A DNA stretch of 64,000 nt from Tubiluchus corallicola. Its lineage: Eukaryota > Animalia > Priapulida. The stretch is from contig JAQGDQ010000030.1 of assembly GCA_030141605.1 (NCBI GenBank), positions 851,171 to 915,170 on the forward strand. Reading direction: 5' to 3'. Position numbers and translations under genes: made by a program. Under the pieces are notes generated by a model. It did not search any database, was not told where the DNA came from, and saw nothing but the letters and a program-made list of their open reading frames with translations. This document shows, in pieces, positions 51,161 to 64,000 of this stretch. Within the stretch, counting starts at the first letter, position 1. Each line of letters starts with the position of its first letter.

Positions 51161-53526
51161 TTAATCACTTGATATAAGTTCACTTATTCTTCCATCGTGT
51201 TCTAATTCACAATGGTAACACAGTTCCCAATACTCGGAAAATTCCTTGCCGCAACATGACAGCTGTTTTCTATCTACCTCATGTATGTTGTCCATTGAAG
51301 AATTTAATGCGTGCTGTCTATTTGAAACATTCAAGGGAGTAACAACCTGCTGTTCTTTGAAAGAAGCTGCAAATAATTTTTTAGGTGACCCTTCAACCCC
51401 GGTTTCCATCTCCATTGGTTCACTATTGGTAACTGTAGTAAGCAGTGATTTTTCTGGAGCATACAACGGTTCGTCATCTAAAAATTCTTTCAAGCAGGCA
51501 GGCAGTAACGGCTGTTTTTCTAGAGTAGATTTCTCAATATGATCAGAATTTTTCCCAAGAAAGCCTAACTGTGCTTCACATGAATCCAATGTTGAAAATA
51601 TTTCCAATGAATCAAGACCAGAATCATTATCACATGTTTTCTTTTCACTGACTGTTTGTGTCTCCTCAACATTTACTTGCAGTTCTTTGGCAAGTTCTTT
51701 CTTGTCCATGTCCAATTCAGCCTCTGTATGCTTTTCAGCAACAGAGACTAAATAAGATGTTGACAAGCTGTTGTATGCCTGGTTATCACAAGGTGGACTG
51801 TCTACTTTAACTAAGAGGTCATTTTCACAAACAGTGCCAAGAATACCATTTGGTAGATCTTCCGACTTATCAGCATGTACATCAGTTCTGCCCCTTTCAC
51901 CACTAAATGCTAGGTCACGTTCTAGCGCTGAAAAATACAAATTACTCTGCTTGTTCTTCATTTCACTTATGGTGTTCTTTTCATGAGCTGCTGATAAATG
52001 TGTTTCTATAATGCTAATGAATGGGTCAATCTCTGAGGTGGATGTTTCAGTAATGATGCCTTCCTTACCACTAAATGACAGACTAAATATAGTCGTATCC
52101 ACAGGTGGGACGTTACTTTCATTAATACTTTCACGGTCACCAATGCTGCATTGCCTATCTGTGTTATTGCTCTTACGCATTATCAATGTATCAGAATGAA
52201 AGATGGAACAATGAGACTCGTCAGTATTTTCATTCTTACTGCATTCGTCATCTTTTACATTAAGCATGTCATCAGCTTTCAATTCTACAGCCTCGTGTTC
52301 TCGCACGTGATAGGCAAGGATTGGTTCGTGATTAAAATGGGCCTTGCATACATGACAGACATACCCTTGTTTGTGCTGCATGTTCATGTGCTGCTTGTGC
52401 TGCATGTTCATGTGTGTATCAAGCTCAACCTGAGACGCAACAGTTAATCCACATTTATTGCATGTGACATGTTCACGCAGTACATGAGTGCCTACCTTGG
52501 TCAGACTGCCAAACATTCTCCCACAAGTAAGGCATGGATATGTAGTTCGTGCTGCTTGCACTGCAACATGACACATCTCACCACTAGCATTTTTACTGCG
52601 TCCTTCTGAAGACATAATGGGCAGCTTCTCTTCATTAACAGCCTTACTTAGTTTTTTCTCTGGTGATCTGGAACATTTTGTTTGCTCAACAGCACCTTCG
52701 TTTTCGATTGATTTTCCAAGACTCGCGTGCTTTGGTGGATGAAATGTCATAATATGACGCAGCAAAACTTCCATGCTACTAAAGTCCTTTTTGCATATGC
52801 AACACAAAAATCCAAGATCATTCTCAACACACTTATGGTGCCTCTGCTTCCAATGTTGTTTCAATGATAGGATACTGGAAAATTTTGCAGTGCAATCCTC
52901 ACATTCGTATTGTTGTTTGGAATGTGGTATGTTGATGTTCATTCTCCGGCTTTTCCCATCCAATTTTTCCTTGCAAACACCTTGATGTGCCCCAAGTTCC
53001 GCATTGTTACGAAACTCAATGTGGCATTTCTCACATTCGAGAAAAGGCCTAGTCGTTCGTTTAGTTCTGGTCAGTGTGCTTTGCTGTAAAGTACTATACC
53101 TTTTCGTGGACATCTTACAGACATGGTTATTTTCTTGCTCTTTTGCTGTGTAGTACTTTCTATTTTCTTTTTTCTTCAACTCATGCTTGCTCATGTGTTT
53201 TATGTACTGCGTGTAACTTTGAAAATCTGTCTTGCATCGCTGGCATTTCCAGTCTGATTTTTCGCTCATGTGTCTCTGATCAACATGAAAGATCAATTTT
53301 TCTACAGTCGGAAAAGAGAAAACACAATAATCACATTTTTTTCTTCTCATGACTAATTTACTAGCTATATCTTTGGGATCATCAAGTGATTGAGAGGCAG
53401 GACGATTCTTGAATGTTTTTCTACCTGATACATCAGGCACAGCAGACATTTTTGATCGTGATTTCATTTTAGTGGGCCACAGCTTTGAAACAGCAGTCAA
53501 GTGTTTATCGGAGCGGCTATCACTCA
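51161..53526 (-). CDS. C2H2 zinc-finger protein, large last exon
   Basis: TTTTTCAG acceptor at 53527. About 8 dispersed C2H2/C2HC fingers (CDYC, CQRC, CEKC, CEDC, CCIC, CLTC, CNKC, CHVC), an acidic C-terminal half and a terminal atypical CC..H...H finger. Confidence 0.9.
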
Positions 53527-54104
53527 CTGAAAAAAAGTAGTAAATACCAGCATCAAATGTTTACCCAGAGCATGATTGGAACCAAGTCGACACAAAAAAA
53601 ATGAAAAAATGGAGCAAGACAACTTGCCTCATTGAATTTCTACAAAATAATTACATGTGCAGTTTGCAGTAATATGTGCGCTATTATAATACTGAATGAA
53701 TTTTATTAAAAAAGTATTATTAAAGTAAAACAGTATTAAAAACCACTTTGCCAGGTTTAAACAGCAAACAAATTTACTAAGCATAGCAAAATTTTATTTA
53801 GTTGAAATGCCAGTTTAACATGAAATTTTAAAGTCTCACACAGTAGAATTGAAATAATAGCCTCTTAATTTGTTTTGAAGTTGTATACGTACCATGTGCA
53901 AGAAAGTTACGGTTCTACCTGTATTAGTGTATCAAAAGACTTTACAAAAAAGTAGATGAGTAACTCACTTTATAATTGCCCAGAATTTTTTTATCTTGCT
54001 TAAAATATAGGAGCCAAAAAATACAAATGAGTAAAAGCTTTGTCAATTTGTATAACTGAAATTTCACTTCTAAAGCTTATTACACACTTGCTGTAGGTAC
54101 TCAC

Positions 54105-54195
54105 ATTTTGATTGCCTTGTGGTATTTTCGCCAATCTTAATTTTGTGTCTTTCCTGTACGTACCTTGAATGAATCAAAGTTGAAGCTGTCGAGAC
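54105..54195 (-). CDS. Zinc-finger gene internal exon
   Basis: TTCTAG / GTGAGT; VSTASTLIHSRYVQERHKIKIGENTTRQSK; 91 nt, phase 0 to 1, matching the phase-1 acceptor of the large exon. Confidence 0.7.
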
Positions 54196-54695
54196 CTAGA
54201 ATTTAACAAACCATTGTTGTCTACATATTTTACAGTGAGTATCAAACTAGTCGAATCTTTTCAATGCTTAACCAAAAAACCAGGGGTTACTTTTTTCTGT
54301 ACAAAAATTGGTGGACAACTGATGATCATTCAAGTTGTTCTTTACAATCTGATACCTCAGCTACTACATTACCTTTTGAGTACATTTTGAGCAACCAAAG
54401 CATTAGCATCAATGACATTTGTTGCCAAAAAACTGAAAGAATGAGTAAAATCCTCAAAATGGAATTTGGTGCTGAACAGTTTAGAACAAAACTGTTCATT
54501 ATTAAGGCATCTAAAACAAAGAAATTTACCGGAATATAGAAAAAAAACATTGACGTACAATTCAGTAGTTAATAGTCAAAAGATATATTATATAACATTA
54601 TATAGATAATTTAATAATTTACCTTGCAAACTACACATCTTGATTCGTATAAAACTATGTAACACTCCACACACTAACAAACCAATATGGTAGTA

Positions 54696-55525
54696 CAGTC
54701 AAACCTCGTTATACTGCCCCCGTTATAATGCCAGCCTCTCTATAACGCCAACTTTTGCCCTGTCCCAATTTCCATAATGTATGAAATTCAGGGAATACCG
54801 TCATCCGCCAACATATCTGCTATGCCAAAAGTCTATTTTGCACAATAAATTTACTGTTATAATGCCACTCAAGATAAAGCACAATGAGTTACTGGTGAAA
54901 AACAGCCATTGTGCTGTAAAAACAATGACCTCTGAACAACAGAAAAACAATTATGATATATAAATTAAGATTTGCATCTTGTTACAAGTGACTATATGAA
55001 AGTAAATGTTGAAGTTTTAAGCAAAGAACATACATTTTAAGAGTACAAGAGCTGCGTAGCTAAGCTTCAGTACTGAACTGATGTAAATTTAATGGTAGTG
55101 TGCAAAAAGCTGTATGACTCAAGGTCAAGTTATATGCGGGCTATTCATAGTCTTAATTATCTAATATTGTTACATTGGGCATCTTAATTATGTAGCAACT
55201 TTACGATGGGCATGTGTGGCTGCATATTTCTCTTATCAGGAGACAGCAGTATTTCGCAAGATTGCTACTCCACATTGTGTAACCTAAATGCGCCGCCGTA
55301 GAACTACACCTGCATTAATTTTGTTAATGCAGCGAAAATGTACTGTATAACACATGTACTGTTGTAGCTGTAATAATGTTATCTATTTATGACATATTAA
55401 AATTAACTAGGAAACAAATTAGAGGTTACAAACTGGAATGGTTTTGATATTTCAATGAACCTCGCCTTACCGCCAACCCCGGTAGAGCGCAATATTTAAT
55501 GGTGTCCCATACCTGGCGGTGACTG
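54696..55525. mobile_element. pogo/Tigger-like MITE inserted at the centre of the palindrome
   Basis: TA|CAGTCAAACCTCGTTATA ... GGCGGTGACTG|TA, with a TA duplication and subterminal CGCC repeats. Confidence 0.75.
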
Positions 55526-55734
55526 TAGCAACAGAACTGTCAATATTGCTACTAACATACTGGTTTGCTTGTTTGTGGAGTGTTACATAGTTTCATACCA
55601 ATCAAGGTATGTAGTCTGTAAGAAAAATTGTTAAATTATCTATATAATGTTATATTATATAGTCTTTTGGCTATTAACTACCGAATTGTATTTTGATGTT
55701 GTTTCTAAATTCTCGCAAATTTCATTACTTTAGA

Positions 55735-55774
55735 TGCCTTGAAAATGAACAGTTTTGTTTGAAACCGGTCGGCG
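55735..55774 (+). ncRNA. Minimal type I hammerhead ribozyme motif (U3-A8 core variant)
   Basis: Stem I TGCC/GGCG; core TTGAAAA (55739-55745) plus an extra T; stem II GAACA-GTTT-TGTTT; GAA; palindromic stem III ACCGGT; GUC cleavage triplet ending at 55770. Confidence 0.65.
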
Positions 55775-56389
55775 ATAAATTCCATTTTGATGTTGTTACA
55801 TTTATTTGCCAAATATGGATAATTCTATGAGTAAAATGTACACATGTTGACTAAGAACTCTACACCTCAATTTAAAATGTTTCACACCTAAATTTCATAC
55901 AAACGATTTCCCATCATGAGTTGCATTGGGAACTGATGTACGGCAGACTAGTCGAGCTTGACAAATTTTAAGTACTGTATATAGTTTTTATTTAGTTTAT
56001 AGTCTAAGCTTAAACGTGTGAGCTTAGTCTGAGCTTAAAAGGCCTATTAATAATGACACTATTGGTTTTATCACTTTTTTATTAATTGGTTGCACTGCAA
56101 GTTTTAATGTAAATGTGAACCAATTTTATGTTTGCATTGTATGTAACCTTTTAGCAATAAAGAATACTAATAATAGTGAATAATAATAAATTTATTCATC
56201 TTTTATGCATTTTTTCATTACATCACACACTACTTTCAAGCACAACAATTTACAATGCACACACCACCCACACTTGCCATGTGTAAAGCAATGAAATTAG
56301 GTGATTGTTATTTGTGCTTGCAAAATGTTTCGAATTTTTGCAAATTTGTGTTTTATGACGCTGCCAATGATAATTTTAACAATGTGCAG

Positions 56390-56533
56390 TCAACTTCCAA
56401 ATAATTCTCCCCATATTTAAAGCAAAAAATGTTGTAGTTACTTCGACAGTTTTTACATTAATCAACTTCCAAATAATTCTCCCCATATTTAAAGCAAATA
56501 ATGTTGTAGTTACTTCGACAGTTTTTACATTAA
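56390..56533. repeat. Tandem duplication, 2 x 72 bp
   Basis: TCAACTTCCAAATAATTCTCCCCATATTTAAAGCAAA..TTTTTACATTAA occurs twice with one mismatch. Confidence 0.92.
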
Positions 56534-56653
56534 TGTTTGCAACAGCATTGCTTCTTTCATGTACCAGGACCATGTTAGCACATCTTGTAAATTAAATTAA
56601 ATACATAAGATTAAACATTGCACAACCTATGATAAACAACCACATATCATTAC

Positions 56654-56743
56654 CCTCAGTCCTTTGTAACATCCATTTTCTAATGATTTATCTATCCTTT
56701 GTAGAATAACTTTTGATTGGATATTGTTCCACTGACCATACAT
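56654..56743 (-). CDS. Zinc-finger gene, probable first coding exon
   Basis: Acceptor TTCCAG at 56770, ATG at 56743, MYGQWNNIQSKVILQRIDKSLENGCYKGLR, GTAATG donor in phase 0. Gives an 848-aa model. Confidence 0.55.
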
Positions 56744-57254
56744 GATGAGAGCAAATGTCTTACACTATCCTGGAAAGTGAAAAACAAATTTTAAAGAATT
56801 CAAACAGATCGGAAATTTTTATGTTCTCCAAAGCAATATCAAAAGCAGACATTTGACAATTTGTCATTATGATTTTCCTTTTTGACAGTTCTGGTTACAC
56901 CATTTGCAATAACTTGTATGGGACACACAGAGGTTGCATTGTTTGCATAAAATTCATGAACGATAAATGAGATGCATAATTACCTTATAATTGATAAAAA
57001 TTACATTAACTTGCACTTTGAAAATATTGAACAAGCCTGTTGGGAAAATCGACTTGTTTTAATGTTTGTAGAAAATGTTAGAAAGATTCAACTACAGATT
57101 TAACTACATACGAGCCTTGTGTAATTAATAAAATAATTTTAAAGTCGCTATTATTTTTTGCATGGATGCACTCATTTTGAACGTTCATGTTTCCACTAAT
57201 GATGTCACCGGCCAAATAAAACAAGCAAATCTCAGCAGTGCAATGTCATCGGTA

Positions 57255-57830
57255 TTAGAGGTTACGATTAGAGGTGTACGAAAGGAAATTAAACGTGGTA
57301 TACACACAGACTAAAAATATGGTTAGATTTGCAGACTGGTAAGATGGAGTGGCACCCTCCTGATAGTAACAGCTGAGGATGTTAGCTTCCGAAGGAATCT
57401 TCTGAAGGAGCCTTTGTATGTTGCTCCAATGTCTAGTGGGGGTTTGTTCCACAAGCATATTGTCCTGCATGTGAAGGCGTATTACTAAACTGCTAGTTGA
57501 ATGAATTTGCTGTTAGCCTTCAGTGACAGAGTAATATAAGTTAGCAAACTAATGCATATCCAACAGTGCACTATGTCATGAATGGTACATGTTTAGCATG
57601 GTTTGTCGGCACCTGATTTCTAATGTTTTCCATTCAGGTTCGGAAATAATCTCAGACACTTCAGCATTTAGGGAATATCTACTACGTACAAATGGTACAG
57701 AACTTCGCTAAGCTTGTTGTCAATGCATTTGGTGTCTATAGTTGTATGTGGATTCCACGCTGAGATGCCATATTCTAGTTTCGGTCTGCCGTGTAGGCTT
57801 AAGCAACATATGATTCTGCACCTCTTGAAC
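57255..57830 (-). mobile_element. CR1-clade LINE 3' fragment
   Basis: Degenerate RPKLEYGISAWNPHT, EWKTLEIRCRQTML and YAFTCRTICLWNKP match CR1 C-terminal motifs (RP.LEY...W.P, W..LE.RR, F..RT...WN.LP). Confidence 0.75.
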
Positions 57831-58129
57831 ACAGTAAATTGCTAACATATTATATCTTACTGATCATAAAAAAATCTTAATCTTAAATCTTATTCAGAAA
57901 CCTTACATTATTTAACTTATTTTCATTTGTAACACTAACGTATATGCACGATACCTAAAAATACCAATAATACCTTATTACTAGTGCCTGTAGGGTAAAC
58001 TGCATTAATTTTACTGGCACTGGGACAGGTTAATCGATGGAAAGAATAAGCTAGTCTTAAAAATGTACTGCTCAAAGTGCCAAAAAAGTAACGTGCAAAA
58101 ATCGCAAAGTTTAAATTACTTTAGTTTCC

Positions 58130-60090
58130 GAATAATGTACGTTGGGAGCGAAGTAACTCACTAGCCAGAGTAGGACAGTTGGCGTACATGGGTTACGATT
58201 GCCGTACTCGACTATCAGAAGCGGGCACCTTTATAGGCCGCAAAGTCTATTTTTCTATAACGCTGACCTTTTCCCACTTTAATGTCTTTATTTGTCTTTA
58301 TTCTGTATTCCATGCATTCGTCCACTACATTTCTGATTGCTAGCAATCCTTCTTTTCCACTGTTCATTAGTATATATGAGTTCAAGATTTTTTTCCATTC
58401 TCCATACCTGCCACATTGAAGCATTTGTTCAGTAGTATCATCATCTTCCCCACACACTGGACATAATAAGTGATCCTTAAACTCATTCTAATAGTTTCCT
58501 TTAACTTTAATCATATTCAGTCTTATTTTCAATATATCTTTAACCTCTTCTGGCTTGCATGTGTCTATGTAATTTTGTCATTTCCACTTGATATGTTTTA
58601 AAAATCTTAATTTAGTACTGCTCCTGCATTTTTCTGCACATTCATCCATTATAAAACATTCAATCTTATTCTTTATTTTTTCCATGACATTCACCCTTTC
58701 TTTATTAGCATCTATAGTATATTTTTTGCAGCCTCAACTACTTCATTATACCATGACCTTTCATGTGCACTGTTTATTTGCATTTCGAGTAATCTCTTTG
58801 GTTTACTAAGCAGTAAATTCCGATAGAACATCAGTCTCCTATAATTCACTTTATGTTTTAGAGGCCATACACCTATTTCAGTTACTAATCCCCAGTATGG
58901 TGTTGATTCGCTAAGATTAAATAAGGTTTTTAAAGCATTTGCTTGAATCGTTTCTATTTTCTCCCAAATAGTTGTTGTAAAATTTGACCATGTTTCAGAA
59001 CTTTTAGCACTGCACTCACTGGACGAAGCTCGAATAGCATTATTTTAACCCCTATTGAGTAATCTCCCACTTTCAGCTCACTTCCTGTTGTACTGATGTA
59101 ACTAATTATCATTTTAGTTTTCCTGGTTCGTTTTCCCAACATTGTTTCATAACTACATTTTATGTCAATCCAATCTCCCAAATATTGGTATTCCTCTACT
59201 TTCTTAACCTCTCCGTACCTTAGTGACTCACATAATACTGGAATCCCTTTCTGTCATGTCATGTTTATTCTCATATATTGTGTTTTCTGTATATTGAATG
59301 TTAATCTTTTGGTTCTTTAAATTTCTTGACAGTTTTTAATCGCTTGTTTGATTATGGTTTCTTGTCCTATTCCCAAAATATCATCAACGAACAATAACAT
59401 ACCCACATGTATATTCCTGCCCATTACAGTCCCTGTTATCACAATCTCGTTAATCTGGTTTATTGCAGCACAACATAATAATGGTCCCAGTACTGTTCCC
59501 TGCTGAACTATTTCATTTATTTCTATCTGGTCTGTTTTACCTAATAGTGTTTCTATGACTATTTTTGCAATTTCATTTAGTTTATATATCATAAAAATTT
59601 CTCCTGATGATATGCCCATCCTCCATAGTTCTGTCAATGCTTCCTTCAACCACAACTTATCAAAACACTTTTCTATGTCACAAAAAATTATGTACACTTC
59701 ATTTTTATAAAACCCGTTATACTCTAATATTGCCCTCAAGGTGTACAGATGGTCACAGATCCTTTTGTTTTTTCTTCTGCCACACTGATGAACTCCTATT
59801 GTTTCTTCAAATTTAACTATTATTCTATTTTTGATCACTTTCTCCATAAGTTTACTGAAAATTTTTGTTATGAACAGCCCTCGTCTATTTTTCATTTCTT
59901 TCTTGTCACCTTTTCACTTATAAATTGACTTTATTTTGGGCCCATTGTTTCGGTATTTTCTTTTGCTTCATGATTTCATTCAGCATTGCTACTATACTAT
60001 TGATAAATCCTTTCCCTGTTGTTTGAGCATTTCATTCTTCTATCTTTGCATCTGGAGCTTTTTTATTTTTTTAACGACCGAACTGTTTCA
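58130..60090 (-). mobile_element. 5'-truncated, decayed non-LTR retrotransposon (RT + C-terminal zinc knuckle)
   Basis: NRRGLFITKIFSKLMEK, DIEKCFDKLWL, QQGTVLGPLLC, FVDD, then RLNMIKVKGNY and CPVCGEDDDTTEQMLQC. Clade not determined; boundaries approximate. Confidence 0.85.
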
Positions 60091-60754
60091 TTCACTTCAC
60101 TGTTAGTAATTTCCCTGTTGGTAAGCAGGACACTAGAGACAATCACAAATTGCGTCGCTAACCGAACTGGCAGCATCAGAAGTCTTTGTTTATTTAATAA
60201 TAATAACTGAAAACGCCACGTTGAATAATTTGTTATGCATTTGATAAAGTAAAAGAATCTTATTCTGAGCTAGTGACCAATGCGAAATTTGGCTTCAATA
60301 TTAATCTTTTTTAAAGTAAAATAAGCTCGCCGTTTAGGCGATTCCAACATTAAGGTATATAATATTTTATTTGGCCTTGCTTCACAGGCAGGTGATCAGT
60401 TTCATTACCTCTTGGACAAATATTTGTTTTCTACTAAGTAAACGGGTTAGGGAACTACCGGTATGTGCCCCATATAGTGTCTCTCTTTAAAGCATTAGAT
60501 ACTTACTTTAATGTTATGATGCAATTAATGGGGCTAATAATGATGATGATATTATCGCAAAAAATATATATAAATTGTCAAGGACTATCCATCATTATTA
60601 CAAAGTTACTTTTTTTAAACAAATTTAGTTTGATTATGTAATAATTATCGATTCTCGACAGAAATCGTCCTACTTTGGCTAGTGTTGTACTCAGCGCCCT
60701 ACATGTGCATTAAGGTATAAACAACAAGAACAGGTAATGATGATGAAGAAATCT

Positions 60755-60765
60755 AACTTCCGGTT
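60755..60765 (-). promoter_or_regulatory. ETS-type motif (ACCGGAAGT); possible promoter of the zinc-finger gene
   Basis: AACTTCCGGTT upstream of the - strand gene, which needs a non-coding first exon. The link to the gene is inferred. Confidence 0.3.
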
Positions 60766-61807
60766 CGGTTGCAACATTTGTGTGAACGGTGCCATTCTCA
60801 CGACTAGCCCTCGTAACTAACCCACCCCCATCATTGTATACATTACCTTAACATCATTCATACTAAAGATTTAAAATGTCCATAGCGCAAAGAGCCCCAA
60901 TGATTCTACAGGGCAACGTGAAGTATTGAAGAAAACATTGAACAAAATTTTAAAGCAAAAGCGGACCCAGTCTTAAACTGTAGCCCGAACAATCTACTCC
61001 TTAAAATATTGTAAGCAAACATACAGTAACATTGTACTTTAATTTTCGCTTTCCTAAATACGTGCAACACGTTCATCGAATGGTGTTGAAAATTATGTTA
61101 GTTTGTGGTGTCATCAATAGTTGGGCTCGCCTGTCGTTAATTAAGTTTTTAATCTATTATTTTAATTTTAATTATCAAAAGCGCTTTTGCAGTATGAATC
61201 GTGTTAAAATATATCCTTTTTATCCTACTTACAAATGGGGTACTGTACGAAAAATCATCCTGTCTTCCTTTAACCGGGACACCAGCGAATGAAGATTATA
61301 ATTTTATTAAAGTAGCAATGGAGATGAGAAAACTAAGATGTTTTGCAAAGATGACTAAAACGAGCTAAAAAAGAAAGTTGTGATTGATGTCTTGTACATT
61401 TTCTCTGTATTTAAACGAGTTGTTAATGCCTGTTAATCAAACAGGGTGGGCAAGGTAATTGAAGGCCATGAATTGTCCAGGCAGCACACAATATCATCAC
61501 CATAATGGTCACGATCTTGTCATGATCACGACAAAAAAATGTTCAGAAAATGTATTGTCACCATGTTGGTAACGCATTCGAATTTTTTTGCCAGTATTGG
61601 TACAATATTGGACCAATATTGTAAACGCGTGGCTTACACATATTGTTAAAAAATGTTGGTACATTTTTAACATTGAAATCGCATTATACCTGTACTTTGT
61701 TACCGTGCATATTGTGGAAGGAGAACTCTATATATAATTATAGCCTTAGCCTCGATACAAGTACATGTATAATTGCTAATTGCTATGGCGTATGTCGTAT
61801 AATACCC

Positions 61808-61852
61808 ATAATAATGATAATAATAGTGATGATGATGATGATGATGATAATG

Positions 61853-61940
<88 letters not shown>

Positions 61941-61962
61941 CAACAACAACAACAACAACAAC

Positions 61963-61990
<28 letters not shown>
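61808..61990. repeat. Compound (GAT)n(AAT)n(AAC)n microsatellite
   Basis: Visible. Confidence 0.97.
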
Positions 61991-61993
<3 letters not shown>

Positions 61994-63128
61994 TTCTTTA
62001 TAGGTATAAAATTTAGACATCATCAAACGGCAAACTACACATTAAAATTTAGTTGTATAACAACTGTTTCCACTGCTGTGAGCAACAGTCTTATCACTGG
62101 TTATACAACCAAATTTTGAATACATGCTTTACCGTTCAGTGATATAATTTTCCATATTATATAAGAATTTACACCACTATTCTCAACGTCGAATAATAAC
62201 AGTAGAAGTAATTTTTACCCCCGAAATAATTTGCAAAAGTTATGTACATAGTGTTGATCGAGCCACTCAAGCAATAAGTGGATTTTACCATCTTTGTTCA
62301 TAGTCGCATACGTGTTTGTTAAATTTTATAATTAATAATGATTCTATTTGCAGCATGTAACAAGATCTGTGGGCACTTGAAGTTTCAAAACTTGCTCGAT
62401 TATGACTGTGTGTCAATCAATTGCAAACTTCTGCAATTTTGGGATCAACTAATACAGTGAATTACCGAGATTACAGCACTGCGACTACCGTACGCTTACA
62501 CTACTGCATTTTCCTTTGCATAATTGCCTTATTAGAGCTGCTCAGCAAGGCCACAGGCGATAACATGGTGGTCTGAAAATTAGTCTTTGAGCTCAACGCT
62601 GATAAAAATAAGTAAAACTTTTCTTTACCTATTCAGTTACAAAACAACACTTCTTTTTCAAAAACAAGGTAGTTATAGTAATATGAATTATCATCAGCTT
62701 CACGTTTGAGTTTCAAAGTTTAATAACGCCTTCTATGAGAAATAAAAAATTCGCGAAAATTCTGCACATTTCATCCATAAAAATTTCTCGTTTTGCCACA
62801 TTTTACTATTTTGTTGATTCAATAAGCAAATGTGTGAAAGAGTATGTGAGAGTCACTGAACACGTTAATGAAGAAAAGAGTGAGTGAACGAAAAATTGAG
62901 TAAACACGTCAGGATGTCAGTTAGAATTTACAATTTAGAATTAGACTTTGCAAATTGAAGGGCATTGAAGGGCTTACAATGAACAGATTTGTACACAGAA
63001 GGTATTAACACATTACTATAATTTTTAATAACCTCGGGACAATATCGGCTAGGAAAAAAATTGTGCTTGTTGCTGCCCAGATTAATGGTAAACTGGAGTA
63101 AAAAGGTAAACAATAGTGTATAATGATG

Positions 63129-63268
63129 CTCTCTCTCTCACACATGAACACATGCACAGACATGCACTCGCACATGCACAAGCACGCACATGCATGCACG
63201 CATGCATGCACGAATGCACACACACACACACACACATGCACACGCACATACACACACACACACACACT
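63129..63268. repeat. Degenerate (CT)n/(CA)n/(CATG)n microsatellite
   Basis: Visible. Confidence 0.9.
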
Positions 63269-64000
63269 ACATTGAGTTAGGACAAAGTGCGAATTAGGCA
63301 AAAATTCGTAAGGATGTGGAGGAGCACTTGCTGAGAAGTGTAGCACAATGGTATAATAGCGATGTCTGAGTCAAGATAATAATAATGCCAAAAGAAAGAA
63401 AAAAGGCACATTTGATTGACAGCTACACTGCATAATTTCATAGGTTGAAATGACTGGTGAAATGAAAGTACATCCAAGTACATACCGTGGAGTAGTATTG
63501 CTATAATTATAGTAAATTATTATTGTACATTATACATCCATATTTACAACAGTCACTCAGTCAGAGAACGAGTCAACAAGTAAATCATAAATAAATGGTC
63601 TAAGCAAAAATATAGAAAATTAACGACACAAATAAATTTGCTGTACATGATAGAGAAATGACTCTGATGAATTAGGTGACTGCGATAATAAGCAAAAAGT
63701 GTGGCGCTAAAGATTGCATAGAAATCTGGCATTTAGAGCAGTGCATCTAAATTTTGTGATATTCCCATAATACTACAGTACCTGTATGAAATGCAAATTT
63801 GTATGTTGTCTTGTTTGGTAGTACCTAGTATTACCTAGTAATTTGGTAGTACCTAGTATCATATTACCTAGTAATTCTCTTTTCTGTGTTAATAATGTGC
63901 TGTTAAAGCAAAACCAGTTTCCAAAGCTACTTGACCACGTTCAATACGAATCTATAAGACGTATTGTCAAATTATCATTGAAAGCTTGTTTAGTCACTAA

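Larger units (their letters stand above)
54455..55790. mobile_element. Long palindrome (arms ~54455-54695 and ~55528-55790), probably inverted Penelope-like pseudo-LTRs
   Basis: The arms are reverse complements of each other along their length (e.g. AACTATGTAACACTCCACA / TGTGGAGTGTTACATAGTT). Each outer end carries a hammerhead-like motif. Confidence 0.75.

Noticed and set aside
54373-54510. 138-nt AG/GT-bounded candidate exon on the - strand within the palindrome arm
   Set aside because: In the required phase 0 it reads ATG CCT TAA, so it could only be a poison exon; no support for that.
61643-62119. Poly-Ile/Asn/Tyr/Leu ORFs
   Set aside because: Translations of the compound microsatellite.
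63005-63346. Cys/Val-rich ORFs
   Set aside because: Translations of the (CA)n-type microsatellite.

Overview
AT-rich genomic DNA from an intron-containing eukaryote, most likely a bilaterian invertebrate (inferred from gene content; species not identifiable). Four genes could be rebuilt by hand with consistent splice phases. (1) A + strand PDZ + Zasp-motif (ZM), LIM-less Z-disc-type gene: exons 1970-27677, 1003 aa in the window, first PDZ exon apparently upstream, with candidate alternative first exons in its long intron. (2) An intronless - strand 761-aa secreted Cys-rich/Thr-rich mucin-like ORF (30369-32654). (3) NME5 (NDPK homolog 5, 5 exons, 42864-48264, 232 aa), with a promoter X-box and a perfect intronic X-box. 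(4) A - strand C2H2 zinc-finger gene (56743-51161, about 848 aa). The rest holds a near full-length but decayed CR1-group LINE (about 36300-42386), several LINE fragments, several MITEs, an inverted-arm satellite-like element and microsatellites. A ~250-bp-arm palindrome in the zinc-finger intron carries a Penelope-type minimal hammerhead ribozyme motif. Best leads: the hammerhead palindrome, a possible RFX-driven Dpy-30-only NME5 isoform, the unrecognised Cys-rich secreted protein, and N-terminal swapping in the Zasp-like gene. All calls come from reading the sequence; no searches were run.
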